This document shows, one piece after another, positions 46,711 to 60,658 of a DNA stretch of 64,000 nucleotides (position 1 is its first letter; each line of letters starts with the position of its first letter). The notes under the pieces are model-generated. The model worked only from the letters and a program-made list of their open reading frames with translations. It was not told the origin of the DNA and made no database searches. The DNA lies in contig OX597819.1 in NCBI GenBank assembly GCA_951406725.2, positions 77,810,001 through 77,874,000 on the forward strand. Reading direction: 5' to 3'. The DNA is from Octopus vulgaris. Lineage: Eukaryota. The position numbers were made by a program, and so were the translations under genes.

Positions 46711-48204
46711 GACTGCTGTTTGCTGCCCGAATATATTTATATGTGGTGAAGGAACTCACTTTGCGACCATGTAGTTTCAGATATAGTCTCATAGTATGGC
46801 ACCTTGTGTAAGTCGATAGATGTCCTGTGAGTAAATTTGGAAGACAGATACTGTGTGGTAGTCTGTCGTGTCTATGTATGCATGTATGTGTGTATCTTTG
46901 TGTTTCTACTGTCACCGCTTGACAACCGTTATCTGTTTGTTTACGTTCGTACCACTGACTGGATCAGCAAAAGATACCGAGGCAATAAGTACTAGACTTG
47001 AAAAAAGAAAAATAAGAACAGGATTCAATTTGTTGTACCGAAGCTTTTAAGGGGGGTGCCCCCAGCATGGCCGCAGTTGAATAACTGAAACATACAAAAG
47101 AGTAATATAAAAGATATCTAATGCTCTGTTTCTATAGGTTTCTTACCAAGAAGAGATTTGACGGTAATTAAACCGCTTGTATGTAAATTAAAAACGGAGG
47201 AATGTAATTAACATGAGGAAGCATTGTTTCAGTTAAAGTAAATATGAATATTGGTTTGGTGCTTGTTGGAATTGTATTGAGTTCTAGTCTTTGCTTTGCA
47301 TTCTGATACACAGTGTTACGTAAAGCTATTGAATTAGCGGTGGTACTTTAAACGCAACGAGGTCTCTGTTTGCTGCAGTTCCGTGATTTCAATTAACCAA
47401 TATACCTCCATAGGAACTAACGTGAAGAACAGGCATTTGTAAGAATCGTAATGGTTTTACATTTGTGTTATTCATGAATAGTTGGTATACAGTAATGTAT
47501 ATTTCAGTCTTTGTGTTTCCATGCTGTTGCATTAGATTTTGCCATCATATTCTACATTATGCAATAACTGAGCTAATCTTAATATACTTAATGTACCGAA
47601 TATCAACAATCTAATTAGGAAAATAATAATGGCGGGAGGAAAAATACACCACCAGCTCAATAACTAATAATATTTTGATATATTTCCACAAGTATGGCAG
47701 ACAACTTAGAACATGTTTTGGTCTTATTAGGCCTCTTCAATAAAACAGAGATGTCAAAGTATTTGTCGAAATAGTGATAACAAGTTATTAATAAAATGTA
47801 CATGTGAAAACTAGGATATTAGTTACTATAATATTTCAGTGTCTCTGTCCTCTTAGGGAATATACAATTCATTCGCGCGATAATGAGGTTAACGGGGGAA
47901 GCCTGAATGACGATGGAGAGACAATAGTGCCGTGTGGTGATGTTCTTACATTACATATCTTAAGTATCGTGTTGTTATCGATAACAGCAAATAGTCATTA
48001 TTGTCGTTGCTGTTGTTGCTGTTGCTGCTGCTATTGTAGTTTAACCCCCAGTGGTCGTCCTTGATTGAGCAAGCCTAAGATCAAATTCTCCAAACCATGA
48101 TCCTCTGTCTTATACGTGTGTGTATGTAGGGGCGGGTGTATGCTTATATGTTTATGTATATATTTATGTATGGTATGTATGCATGCATGCATGTTTGTAT
48201 GTAT

Positions 48205-48239
<35 letters not shown>

Positions 48240-48307
48240 CATACATACATACATACATACATACATACATACATACATACATACATTCATACATACATAC
48301 ATACATT

Positions 48308-48342
<35 letters not shown>

Positions 48343-48734
48343 TCACGGCCGAAACAGCTGTCAGCTACGATGTAATTGTATTTTTCTATTTCTATTTCTA
48401 TGTCTAGTTATATTTGTAATATATTATGTATAATGTCATTGCTGTTGTGTAATGGTTTAATAAAGTATTGATTGGGTATTATCTGATGGTTGATGATTGA
48501 TTTAGGTATGTTTCTCCATTTTCTCATTTTGTATATATATATAGTTGAAATTTACAGAAAAACAAAAGACGAAGACAGGTGTATGAACAACAAGCAAGTG
48601 TATTAGTTTGATGCTCGGGAAGGTGAGAAAGACATTTACGTTTCGAGTCTAGTCTTCAACAGAAAGGCATAAGAGAAAATAAACCGAGAGAGAATAAAAC
48701 TTGTGGATTTAGCGATCAAGAATGGCGACTATTA

Positions 48735-48835
48735 GTCCTTACTGATGAGGCAACGGAAATTGCCGAAACTGACTGTCAATATAAAGAATACACGAACGGT
48801 GTTTTCGGATGATAACTGTCCCTGTCAGTATACAT
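48735..48835 (+). ncRNA. hammerhead ribozyme core next to the Penelope-like element
   Basis: CTGATGA(48742)-ggcaa-cggaaa-ttgcc-GAAAC; stem III actgac/gtcagt followed by A17 at 48830 (or a minimal GTC at 48775-77); stem I weak. Confidence 0.6.
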
Positions 48836-49249
48836 GTATACAATTATCTGCTTTGACTACACCATTAGAGCATGTTAGCCCTTATATGTAGCAATGTAGG
48901 TGTTTCTAACACCCTAGTCACATTTAGTGATGATTATAGTTTTCCTTTTTGGTGAAACATTTCAAACTGCTGTCTACATTGATTCTACATATGTGGTATT
49001 TATCAATTCTTTACATGTCAATGGCAATCGCTGACAAATGATTTATTTTTGAGTCATGTTTAATGACCTTTAGATCTACAATGGCTTTTAAAGGGAGCAA
49101 ATCACTTGTATTTTTTGTTACATATGCACATTCGTATTCCTATCCTTCCTTAATACCGGTTCCCATATGCTATTCATATCTGCACTCGGTCTGCTTAGGA
49201 GGTTGTTGTGTCCTAGCATATGTGCTGCTTCTTTTAGTTTTCGTACTTT

Positions 49250-51150
49250 CCAGTGGTGTTCTCTGTCTATTATTTTAACTTCATACCACTGGAGGAGGTG
49301 ATCTCCATTTTTCCATGTGATCAGCTATACTCGAATTAACAATATCTCCTCGTGAAGTGGCGGCATGTTTCGCCTTTGTATAAGCTACCACAGCTGCATG
49401 GGATGGAGTACACACAGTTTTTGGTCATATTCTCTTCTATTGGTGGTTTTACCCGGAGGAGATGTTTGTGAAGTGTTGTATTCCTCTTGAATACTATCCT
49501 GATGTCATATGGGCTGCATATCTTTTGTATCTTTTCGGAAAGGCATTTGACATAGGGTAGACAGACTGTAGACAGTTTATTGTTTTCACTCTCTCTTTTC
49601 TTCATAATTGGAGTTGATAGTATGTTTTTGGGGTAGTTGTTGCTTAATAGATTGTTATTGAGCTTGATCATTTCTTCGTGGTGTGAATTACGATCGCTAC
49701 TTATATTCTTTGCACGATGATTTATGCACTGAGCAATCCCTGTCTTTACACTGTATGGATGGTGGGAACTGAAGTTGAGGTATCGTCCAGTGAAGGTCGG
49801 TTTGCGGTATACGGATGTCTTCAATCCATACTTAGTGCGTGTTATTAATACGTCCAGGAATGCTAGCTGATTGTCTTTTTTTTCCTTTTCCATTGAGAAC
49901 TGCATGGATGGTTTTATTGAGTTCAAAAAGCTGTCATCAATATATCGCAGCCATAGTATTGGTTTTAATGGTGTTGATCCTAACGCCAAATTCTCATGTA
50001 TATATTGGCTATTATTGGTGATAACGGCGAACCCATAGCTTAACCCTCTTCATGTCGATATATACCATGTCCAAACTGAAATAGGTAGTTTCTACACAGA
50101 AGGTCAATATTTCCATCAAGTTTCTTATTGGTATACTTGTGCGTTCTTTTAAATGGATGTCTGTCACTAGTTTTTCGTGAATCACCGATAGTGCTTCACC
50201 AGTTGGGACTTTGGTGAACAGACTTATCACATCTAGACTCACCATCTGGTTGGATTCAATGGGGTTATCCTTAGTCAATTCTGTGAAGTGGGTAGAAAAC
50301 TTCACGTACGATGTTGACTTTCCTGCTAATGGACTGATTACATCCACAAGGAAGCGGCTCAGTGGATGACATGCTGTAATTCTACAGTTCACTATAGGTC
50401 ATAATGGAATGCCATCCTTGTGAATCTTAGGGAGACCGTACATGTGTGGTAGTTTACTGTAGTGTTGAGTCAGTTGTCTGTACTTCATTGGTGTAAAGTG
50501 ATCCTTGATCTTGATCAAGATCTGTGACAACTTCCTCTCTGTTTTTAGAGTTGGATCTTTCTTTACTTTGCTATAGCTACCATCACTTATATGACTTGGC
50601 AATTTTTCTGAATAGTCAGACTTGTTCATCACCACTGTAGCATTTCCCTTATCCGCCGGAAGTATTATGATGGAATTGTCGTTCTGTAGTCTACTGATAG
50701 TGAACTTTTCTTTCTTAGGGATGTTTGGTTTGGGAAATTTCCCTTTTTCTAGTATCTGTCTCACTTTCCACCTTAGTTCATCTCCTTGAGCTTTTGGTAT
50801 CTTTACAGCTATCTCTTCAATAGGGGCTATCATGTCCAAGTATCGAATGCACTTGATGGTTGTCGCAAATTTGAGACCTTTGTTCAGTACTGCTTTCTAG
50901 ATGTTGGCTACTTACAATAATTACTGCATGTGGGTGACGGACTTCAGTCTTCACTCTCTGACCTTTGAGTTTCATAAACTTCTTAATCTGGCGTGTCTTC
51001 ACCATTTCAAATTCTTTCATGTACGATTTTCTAGATCTTGTTGGATTCTCTTTCTACAATCATCTCTGGTTATTTTCCCAAGCAATGAAGATAACATCTC
51101 TTTGATTTCGTTATTTAGTTGATGTTTTTTTTTCCAAAGGTTGTAATGGA
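49250..51150 (-). mobile_element. Penelope-like (Poseidon-type) retroelement, frameshifted RT + GIY-YIG
   Basis: ILPADKGNATVVM, MYGLPKIHKDGIPL, VSLDVISLFTKVP, WLRYIDD, VYRKPTFTGRYLNFSSHHP, NCVYSIPCSCGSLYKGETCR. Confidence 0.93.
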
Positions 51151-51724
51151 TTCTCTCACGGACATATGTATGCATGTATGTATTACATATTTCATATATA
51201 TTTTGTACCAAGTTGGATTTGAATTAAAGATCGTCTACTCCTATATATATATTTTCCCCTTTCCTTATACATAATTGATTTTGCAAATATTGTATCGGTG
51301 GACTTGGATGTTTGACATCCCTTTGAAGGATTTAGATCCTCACTCCTTGTATCATATATATTATGTATATAGGCATATATATGTGTGTATGTATATATAT
51401 TATATATATTATATATTATACATGTAGGCATATATATATATATGTATCTCTCTCTCACCCCATTTCTCTCTTATATATATATATATATATATATATAGTT
51501 TACTTTTCCGTTAAAGTAAGATCAACAATAAAAGTAATCCATCCAGTGAGAGATAAATATTATTTGATGAAGCACTGCAGATATAGTCTCCAAGCAATTT
51601 GCAGCCTTTGTAAACTCTATAGGCCATGTGCTCACAGCCTGAAAATTACTTGGAGATGCAAGGTGTGTTATACATCTCCAATGCATGAAACTATTAGTAA
51701 CTTGTAACTGTATACTGTTTACAT

Positions 51725-51774
<50 letters not shown>

Positions 51775-51776
<2 letters not shown>

Positions 51777-52095
51777 GGTGCATGGCTCAGTGGTTAGAGC
51801 GTCGAGCTTACGATCGTGAGGTTGGGAGTTCGAATACCAGACCGGATTACATGTTGTGTTCTTGAGCAAGACACTTTATTTCACGCTGTTCCTGTTCACT
51901 CAGCTGTAGAAATGAGTTGCGACGTCACAAGTGCCAAGCTGTATCAGCCTTTGCCTTTCCCTTGGATAACACTGGTGGCGTGGAGAGGGGAGGCCGGTAT
52001 GCATGGGCGACTGCTGGTCTTCCATAAACAACCTTGCTCGGACTTGTGCCTGGGAGGGTAACTTTCTAGGTGCAATCCCATGGTCAGCCATGGGA
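51775..52095 (+). mobile_element. CORE-like SINE family E, full length (RTE-type tail)
   Basis: tggctcagtggttagagc A-box, gagttcgaatacc B-box, tgttgtgttcttgagcaagacacttt, tail ggtgcaatcccatggtc then an A-run. Confidence 0.85.
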
Positions 52096-52985
52096 TTGCA
52101 AAAAAAAACAACAACGTGAGGACGTGGAACATGTAAAGTATTAGCAGACGCTCAGGGAAGGAAATATGGCTTAACGTTTCGAGCAAAGCTCTTCTTTAGA
52201 AACAGAGGAAAGTCCAATAGAAAAGGAAGATGAAGGGGAAAAAATCGCCAACGATTCACATGTGGTTACATTTTGAAATGACCGGAAGGGAATGTGTGAA
52301 TATATATATTCACACACACACACACACACTTATCAGAAAGTAGATTGTCTAACATGTCACAATTTTTTTAGTCCGTAGCGTGTGATTTGAAAGAAATTTG
52401 GTTGCTATTTCTAGCAGGTCAGTCGACTGCATAGAAGTTCTCTTGACGTTACTGTTGTATTTGTTCTTCAGTCTCAGATCAGCTCTGATCGAACAGCGGC
52501 ATGACGAGAAGCACGTCAGCCGTGGCCGTCATGTAAGTGCTCTCTCGTTAATTCGTAGTGCTCCTTGACTGACTCCCTCAACGTTATTTCACATGGCATT
52601 GTTTTATCTTCATGTGAGATTAAATTTCGAGGCAGCCAGCGAACCTGACAGAAACCTATCAGTTCCTGTGATCAGTGATAAATCGAATACAGTGTTAGCG
52701 GTTTTTTCCAGTAGGGTCATGGTTGAAAACCATGGAGATGTCACGCACAACAGTTTCTGCTTTCATTCAAGTTTTAAATGGTTAGTGGCGCTGGAGAGAA
52801 GGCTTGCAGTAGGTGATTAATAAGGAGCGGTTCAGACTTTGTAATTGATCATTTATAATCGTTTGCATTACGTTAATGTTAGTGGAGGTGACAACACTTG
52901 TTGGTACGGTGAAAGATGTTTCCTTTCTAGGGTATAAGATATACTGACACTCCTTTAAATACAAATTCTTCACCTTTCACATATA

Positions 52986-53368
52986 CTAGCAGTATCACCC
53001 GGCGTTGCTCGGGTTTGTTTCGACCCTTTAAAATTGGAACTTTTGAAAAGTAAAAAATTTGCATTACGTAGCTTGTTATTCTCTATAAGTAAACATTTTT
53101 CTGGTTGAAATACACTGAAAATGGTGAGACAGCAGTCAAAAAATCGTAAAAAAATTGGGATTTTCATAGAAAAAAAGCACCTTTTTGATGTAAATAAGTT
53201 TTGGTTTTAACATGGTCCGATTTGAATTTTATCTTCTATGGAATGAAGAGCAAGCCTTCTATCATACTCTCAATTTTGTTCAACTTGCGCCGCAGCGTCT
53301 CGGAGGAGATAGTGTTAGTTGAAGGCTACCAAACCTGCCATACACAGACAACTTCAGCTTTATATATT
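52986..53368 (-). mobile_element. non-autonomous Helitron
   Basis: a-ctagcagtatcacccggcgttgctcggg end, as at 39464 and 13413. Confidence 0.75.
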
Positions 53369-53369
53369 A

Positions 53370-53590
53370 TTTTTTACTGTCCACAAGGGGCTAAACATAG
53401 ATGGAACAAACAAGGACAGACAAAGGGATTAAGTCGATTAGATCGACCCCAGTGTGTAACTGGTACTTAATTTATCGACCCCGAAAGGATGAAAGGCAAA
53501 GTCAACTCCAGCGGAATTTGAACTCAGAACGTAAAGCCAAACGAAATACTGCTAAGCATTTCGTCCTGCGTGCTAACGTTTCTGCCAGCT
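53370..53590 (-). mobile_element. SINE family B
   Basis: Core and head on the minus strand. Confidence 0.85.
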
Positions 53591-53849
53591 GATGAAAAGA
53601 CATACAAAATTGCTTCTAATTTCAGTTAAATAACTACTTGACAAGAAACATAAAAATAAATGGGGCATACTGCGTATTAAAAATGCATCGGTTCGCGAGT
53701 AGTCAGCAGACTGACGAAGTAGAAATGAGCCGGGCCCAAATAATCCTGTGGACCCCAAATCGAAATTAAGCTCTGTTAAGTCGAGTTTGTTTTTATACTT
53801 AATCTATGGTATTGCTGCAATTTAACTTAACTTTTTTTTTTCGTTTTTC

Positions 53850-54270
53850 TTGTTTCAGTCATTTGACTGCGGCCATGCCGGAGCACCGCATTTGAAAGGT
53901 TTTGATCGAACAAATCAACCCCAGCATTTATTTTTTAAGCTTGGTTCTTATTCTATCGGTCTCTTTTGCCGAACCGTTGAAGTTACGGAGACGTGAACAC
54001 ACTAACACCGGTTGTCAGGCAGTGGTGGGGGACAAACACAGATACAAAGACACACACACACACATAAATATATACATATATATATATACATACATATATA
54101 TGTATGTGTGATACACGACGAGCTTCTTTCAGCTTCCGTCTACCACTAACAAGGCTTTGGTCGGCCCGATCCTATAGAAGACACTTGTTCAAGGTGCCGC
54201 GTAGGGGGACTGAACTCGAAACCACGTGGTTGGGAAGCAAGCGTCTTACCACACAGCCACGCAAACGCCA
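53850..54270 (-). mobile_element. SINE family A, full length
   Basis: Reverse complement of the 12088-12545 family, with internal microsatellite. Confidence 0.85.
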
Positions 54271-54461
54271 TATATATTAAATATACTGATCACAACTGTC
54301 CGACGAACGGTAATATGAAACTCTGAGTAATGAGTAAACAGTTTGTGAAGATTTTTTTCAGCTGTAATAAAAGCATATTACTCTACCTTCGGTATTCGAG
54401 TACTATTTTTTCCACCTTGTTTTGCATTTATGCGCTCACTCGTGTTTGTGTGTGTGTGTGT

Positions 54462-54504
<43 letters not shown>

Positions 54505-54509
54505 TGCGC

Positions 54510-54548
<39 letters not shown>

Positions 54549-54714
54549 AATACATGCATATACATATCCTGTGTACGCAGTTGAGGCAGTATTTAATTAA
54601 AATAGCCTTTTATGTAACATACTTAATGTATACACACAACCTCGATAGGCCAATTACTGCAGTATTTGTCTTAAGCTAGAATCATTTATGGACTTGCTGT
54701 TTTAAAAAGCACAA

Positions 54715-55026
54715 TGCCGTATTTTCCAGCATAGATACTTACGTAATATACCAAGTAAACTTACAGTGCAAACATTCAAACATCGTCACTGTCTTTCCAA
54801 ATTTTGTTGCATTTCACAGGCAATTTTTGGTCCTCAAAACTCGTCGTTTTGGTCATCAAAAAGCAGTCGGCCTTACGATGAGGGTGGGGCGGGCAGTTGG
54901 AAATTTTGGTCTGAAAAAATTCGTCGTTTTGGTCATCAAAAAGCAGTCGGCCTACGATGAGGGTGGGGCGGGCAGTTGGAAATTTTGGTCTGAAAAAATT
55001 CGACTTGTATGCTGCAGAATACCGTA
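54715..55026. mobile_element. Tc2/pogo-like MITE with an internal 80-bp tandem repeat
   Basis: Ends ccgtattttccagcata / tatgctgcagaataccg-ta; a similar left end occurs at 26254; 54841-54920 is repeated at 54921-54999. Confidence 0.6.
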
Positions 55027-55932
55027 AAATATCAGAGAAAGACGAAAATTCAGCCAGCGCGAACGCCAGATGCATTTCTGTTATTTTGGGACCTTTTTTA
55101 ATACCGTATATTCCGCAGCCAGTCACATGCTCGGAGAAAAACTTGTCATCTTTGATATAAAAACAGCTGAATAAAATATGACTGGCTGTGAATATGTGGA
55201 CCAAAATCCCGGAAATTATAAAATAAGTGAATTACAAAAATCCGTATTTGTGAATACCTCTCATATTTTGCATAAATTCCTCTTCGTGTAAAACCAGTCT
55301 TATTCATTCAAAAATGGTTATAATGAATGGTCCTACTCTAAATATGCACCTGTTGATTGGAGAGCAGGCGAGAGGGATCGTACATTTGGTGGGTAGAATA
55401 ATCCTGGATCTGTGGGATTTCTTGATTGGCCCTAGTTGAATTTCCTTCTGTATCAGGACTGTTTCATTGATGTTATCACATGATAATAGTATTTATTTCA
55501 CTGTGTTTTCCTTTCCTTTCTCCCCATCTTTTACTTAAATCCTCACACGCGAATTGTCCTTGTAACGTTCTTCTCATCTATGCCCCTGAGGCTAATAAAA
55601 GAAATGATTATTATTATTATTGCTCTTGTTGTTGTTGTTTGCTTTACAACGCAGTAATCTTTCAAGAACTGCTCCAGCAGATGGCGCTGGAAGCCGACAT
55701 GTCGAAATCATTCCCTAGTGACTTTCTCAATTAGCTGTCATTTTGACTGGATATTCTATGATTGATAACCGAATTCGGATCACATTTCTCCGGTTAAAAG
55801 ATGGGTCGCTTACGTCCTTAATTTTTCTTCATCGCTTGTTCTCAGCTTCTGACAGATCACACAACATCATCGACGTAACATTCCAGCTCCTGGCAGCAAA
55901 CCCCCACTTTCTCTCGTTTCCCGCCACTCCTC

Positions 55933-56014
<82 letters not shown>

Positions 56015-56153
56015 ATTATTGTCTGTCTCCTTGTTTATTTAACAGCAGACAGCTTCAATCATCAACTCTAAATGAGATCAAGCTTTCAACACTGAAAAAC
56101 AAGCAAAATATCCCCTACTATCTGTGGGCCTATCTATCCAATCTATCTGTCTA

Positions 56154-56313
<160 letters not shown>

Positions 56314-56593
56314 CCTATCTGTCTGTGTGTCTGTGTATCTGCCTGTCTGTCTGTCTCTCTCTCACACACACACTCTCTTTCTTTCCCTCTCTCTTCATCT
56401 CTCTTTCTATCAATCATGTTACAACTTCGCTATTATTTTCTGTTTATCGCTTCCCCTGTCACCTCACTCACGGCACACCCACATACACTCACACACATAC
56501 ACCCATACATATATACATACATATATATATGTATATATACACACACATACATATATATTCATATGCACATACATATCTATATTAGCCTATGCA

Positions 56594-56663
<70 letters not shown>

Positions 56664-56895
56664 CATACACACACACAATGTGTATATAAGTATATAGAGA
56701 GAGAAATATAGATATGTATGTGTATATGAATATATATGTGTATGCGTGGATATATATATGTATATATATATGTGTGTGTGTGTTTGAGTGTTGGGAGGTG
56801 GACAGAAGAAGAGATAAACAGAAAATAATAGCGAAGTTTTGACATACACACTCACACATACACATATGCGCATAAGCAATCTAAGCACACAGCCA

Positions 56896-58279
56896 TCTTA
56901 TATAAAAATGACAATTTCTGTCCGTCTGTTTGTTACCATCTTGCTGCCTATATCAGCGAGCCAATTTTTACGAAACTTTGCATACATGTTAAACTAACAT
57001 CCAGTTCAATTATAAACTAATTGGATTTCAATTATAAATTATAATGGGCCCCCTACGGGCGTTGGTTTATTATATGATAAAATGAGAAGAAAAATGTGGT
57101 GGCATAATGAGGGTGGCTGATATCAGGGAAGAGAAGGCGACAGGAAGAAACAGTGAGACAGGGAATATGAGAGATAGAGAGAGAGAACAAGCGATAGGGA
57201 TAGAGCAGGAGAGAATGTGTTTACCGAAGGGAACAACGAATTTTAATACTTTGTTCTTTAATTTTTACCTGTCACTTTACTTATCGCATGCTCAGTCAAA
57301 AATTTTTTTTAGTGAAAAGTAAAGTGTTTTTATATTTGTTTTCAAACCACTGTATTAAGATTTATTAAAACTTTACCAACGTACTGAAACAATAAAACTA
57401 TAGATAATGTCTTTTATTTTCTTCCATTGATGAATAATAACCCGTCGTTGTGAGTCAATTTTTACAATAGTATGTCTTATACAATTTTTTGTTTATCCCA
57501 TGTCAGACCATGCTTTCCCCAACAGATAGGCCTCTTGATCAGGACAGATTTGTGCAATTTTTCGGAAAAAAAGTTCGTTCGCGATCTTTTTCCTTTTAAA
57601 ATTACCTGCATGTTTGTTCGACCGTTTCACATGACTTTATTCATTAAAACTTATTAAAATTTCAGAAGTTCTAACAACTTTGGTCGTTGTAATGCTTTGC
57701 TTTCGTTTGTTTAATAAAAATTCCCTCACGTAATGATTTTGCTTTCATTTTGTGATAAACACTTATCATGCAGAAAATGCTAACTTCCAAATCGTGTTTT
57801 CTGATTAGGTAAAAGTGATTAAATTTTAAACCCCAGTAACATTTTACTGCACTATTTCTAGACCAAATAAATAACAAATTCGGATTTTACGTGGAAAATT
57901 ATTTCAATATACCAAATTTGAACATTTTGAGCTAATTTTAAAATTTCACAATGTGACAGTAATAGGGAAAACCCCCAAAATTGATAATATTCAACCTTCA
58001 ATTGTTTCATAGTCGCACATCGTCAATCCCCTCAACATTCTAACCATCCATCAATTCAACTTTGATATTACCTTACCATTACAAATCAATCAGTTTTATG
58101 ATTTAACTGTTTTACTTGCAGTATTTGTAAATATATCCCACGTCACGTGTATTTGTAAATTTATTTGTAATTTAAACAGAAACTGAACAGGGAACGGGAT
58201 AGGATATGCAACATTGTAATGGGAACGGGAGCTGGAAATACCCTCGGCTTTTCCGGGTATTACCGGGTAATTCAGCTAG
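56896..58279 (+). mobile_element. 1.4-kb non-autonomous Helitron
   Basis: A|TCttatataaaa...tctgtccgtctg start like 13031; 3' hairpin ccgggtattaccgg, then CTAG|T. Confidence 0.65.
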
Positions 58280-58311
58280 TATTCTATAAAGAATACATGT
58301 CTATGCACAAA

Positions 58312-58354
<43 letters not shown>

Positions 58355-59306
58355 TGTACAAACATATGTATGTATACAAACACACACGCACACATACACC
58401 TTGAATGTCAACATTCACATCGATATCAACGAGTACTCGTACATGCTCACACATGTTCGCACGCCCAGGTGTTTCAGTGCGCGCGCGCATGTGTGTAGAG
58501 AGGGTGATGGTGATGATTGTGTGCGTGTGTGTCTCTGTGCTTGTGTGTGTGCATGCATGTCCATCCATCCGTGAGTCTTTGTGTGCGTGCGCGTGTGTAC
58601 ATGGGGTGGGGTGGAGATTATATGCGTACGACCGTAAATATGGATGAGTGCCTGATGAAATTCTGGGTATGATTTTCCTCCATTTTTTTTGCTTCAGTAT
58701 TCATTGTTTAACGATGTGTATTTCATACTTAAAGTATACACATAGTTAAAAGCCTTCTAAATTGCAATATTTGTCTCAAAAAATACCTCTTATAGACGTA
58801 TAGTGTTAAAAGGCACAGAAATATATAAGCAGTAGGCAAAAATCTACTTACTATAGATGAATCATTAACGTAATACACACAAACCTTTGAAGATATTTCA
58901 AAATATTTCTACTAGTTGTTTACGTTTATTCATTCTAAGGATTAACATGAGTAGATCTGATTATTCTCAGTTACAATAAACAACAATAGATGTAAAAATA
59001 ATAAATTTTCGGGCATCTCTGTGCCTCCCCTTCTATCTTTTGCTTTATCCTTCTTGCAGAGAAGCTCAATTCTATTCTCAGCTTAACTGCAAGTATTCTG
59101 CAAGTGGAAGATTTTATATGGTTAAATGAGTCGTTAAAAGTTGATACATTTCATACCTCAGTTTGCTAATTCAGGGAATGTATTATTACGATTATGCTGC
59201 TTAATATACACCTGTCATACGTAGAAAAGGATTTGCTCAGTTCCAACGTCAATAGATCTTCATTTCTGGTGACCTGTTGCTGCGAAGTAATTTGGTACAC
59301 CATCAA

Positions 59307-59361
<55 letters not shown>

Positions 59362-59364
59362 ATA

Positions 59365-59400
<36 letters not shown>

Positions 59401-59664
59401 TGTATGTATGTATGTATGTATGTATACAGGTATGTTTGTATGTATGTATGTATGTATGTATGTATATACCATAAAAAGTCAGGAGGTACGAGAAGGGAAT
59501 ATATTTATTTAACCCCTTGACATCCTTAAAATTACGGCCGTTTCTTATTTTCAGCTTAGTGATAGAGTATTAAACCATATTCGAACATTTTGCTATCTGC
59601 AAGAATACTTATTTTGCATTGATGATAGTACCTTGAATATAAATAGCTATCATACCTTTTAGTT

Positions 59665-59985
59665 TTTGCTTATTTTAGTCATTAGACTAAGACCATGCTG
59701 GGGCACCGCCTTGAAGAATTTTTTAGTCGAATGAATCGAATGCAGTACATACTTTTTTAAAGACAGGTACTTATTCTATCGGTTTCAGGGACATAAATAC
59801 ACCAGCATCGATAGTAAAGCGTTATGTGTGTGGGGAAGGGCTAGCACAGATACGCGCGCGCGTACACACATACATATGTGACAGGCTTCTTTCAGTTTTC
59901 ATGTATCAGATCCCAAAAGGCTTTGGTTGGCCCAAGGCTATAGTAGAAAACACTTGCCCAAAGTACCTCGCAGTGGTATTGAATA
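59665..59985 (-). mobile_element. SINE family A, diverged
   Basis: Tail and CORE-like segment on the minus strand. Confidence 0.7.
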
Positions 59986-60061
59986 TTGTATATGTATGTA
60001 TGTATTTATACATACATGTATACGCAGAGTGAGAGCATCGATGTAACCATGACGTTCTGGT

Positions 60062-60204
60062 GATCTGATGAGCAAGCCTTCATTATCTACACTGATTTGT
60101 AATTGCACAATACGTTGTATGCATATTGGTGCAAACATGTAAAATAATTTATAATACACTGAAATAATTATTACATGATGAAAGCTGCGAAACGGCCGTA
60201 ATCC
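60062..60204 (+). ncRNA. hammerhead ribozyme motif with intact core, ~117-nt stem II and palindromic stem III
   Basis: gat-CTGATGA-gcaagc...gctgc-GAAA-cggccgt-A-atc. Confidence 0.7.
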
Positions 60205-60209
60205 TAAGG

Positions 60210-60257
<48 letters not shown>

Positions 60258-60574
60258 TGATCATACTGCATTACCTCTGGATAGCCTTGTTGCTTATTTT
60301 GATTTATATATATTTATATATACGTGTGTGCGTATGTATGTATGTACATATGTGTGCGTGTGTGTATGAAAAGCTAGTTTAGTTTTACGAGCCAACGTAA
60401 TTTTTAAGTTGCATGGAGCAGAATCAAACTGCTATTAAATAATATGCGACTCAATAACAACACCACATTTACTTCTAGAGGTGACGCAATACTAAGACAA
60501 GCATTAAAATATTTTCACCTAAAAGCTTATTCAACCAGCGACTAATTGTGCGTACACACTCTCACACACAATGA

Positions 60575-60658
<84 letters not shown>

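Noticed and set aside
51775-51850. tRNA-like sequences at SINE heads (also 30473, 38780, 12088, 5361)
   Set aside because: A/B boxes only, no complete cloverleaf, and they continue into SINE bodies
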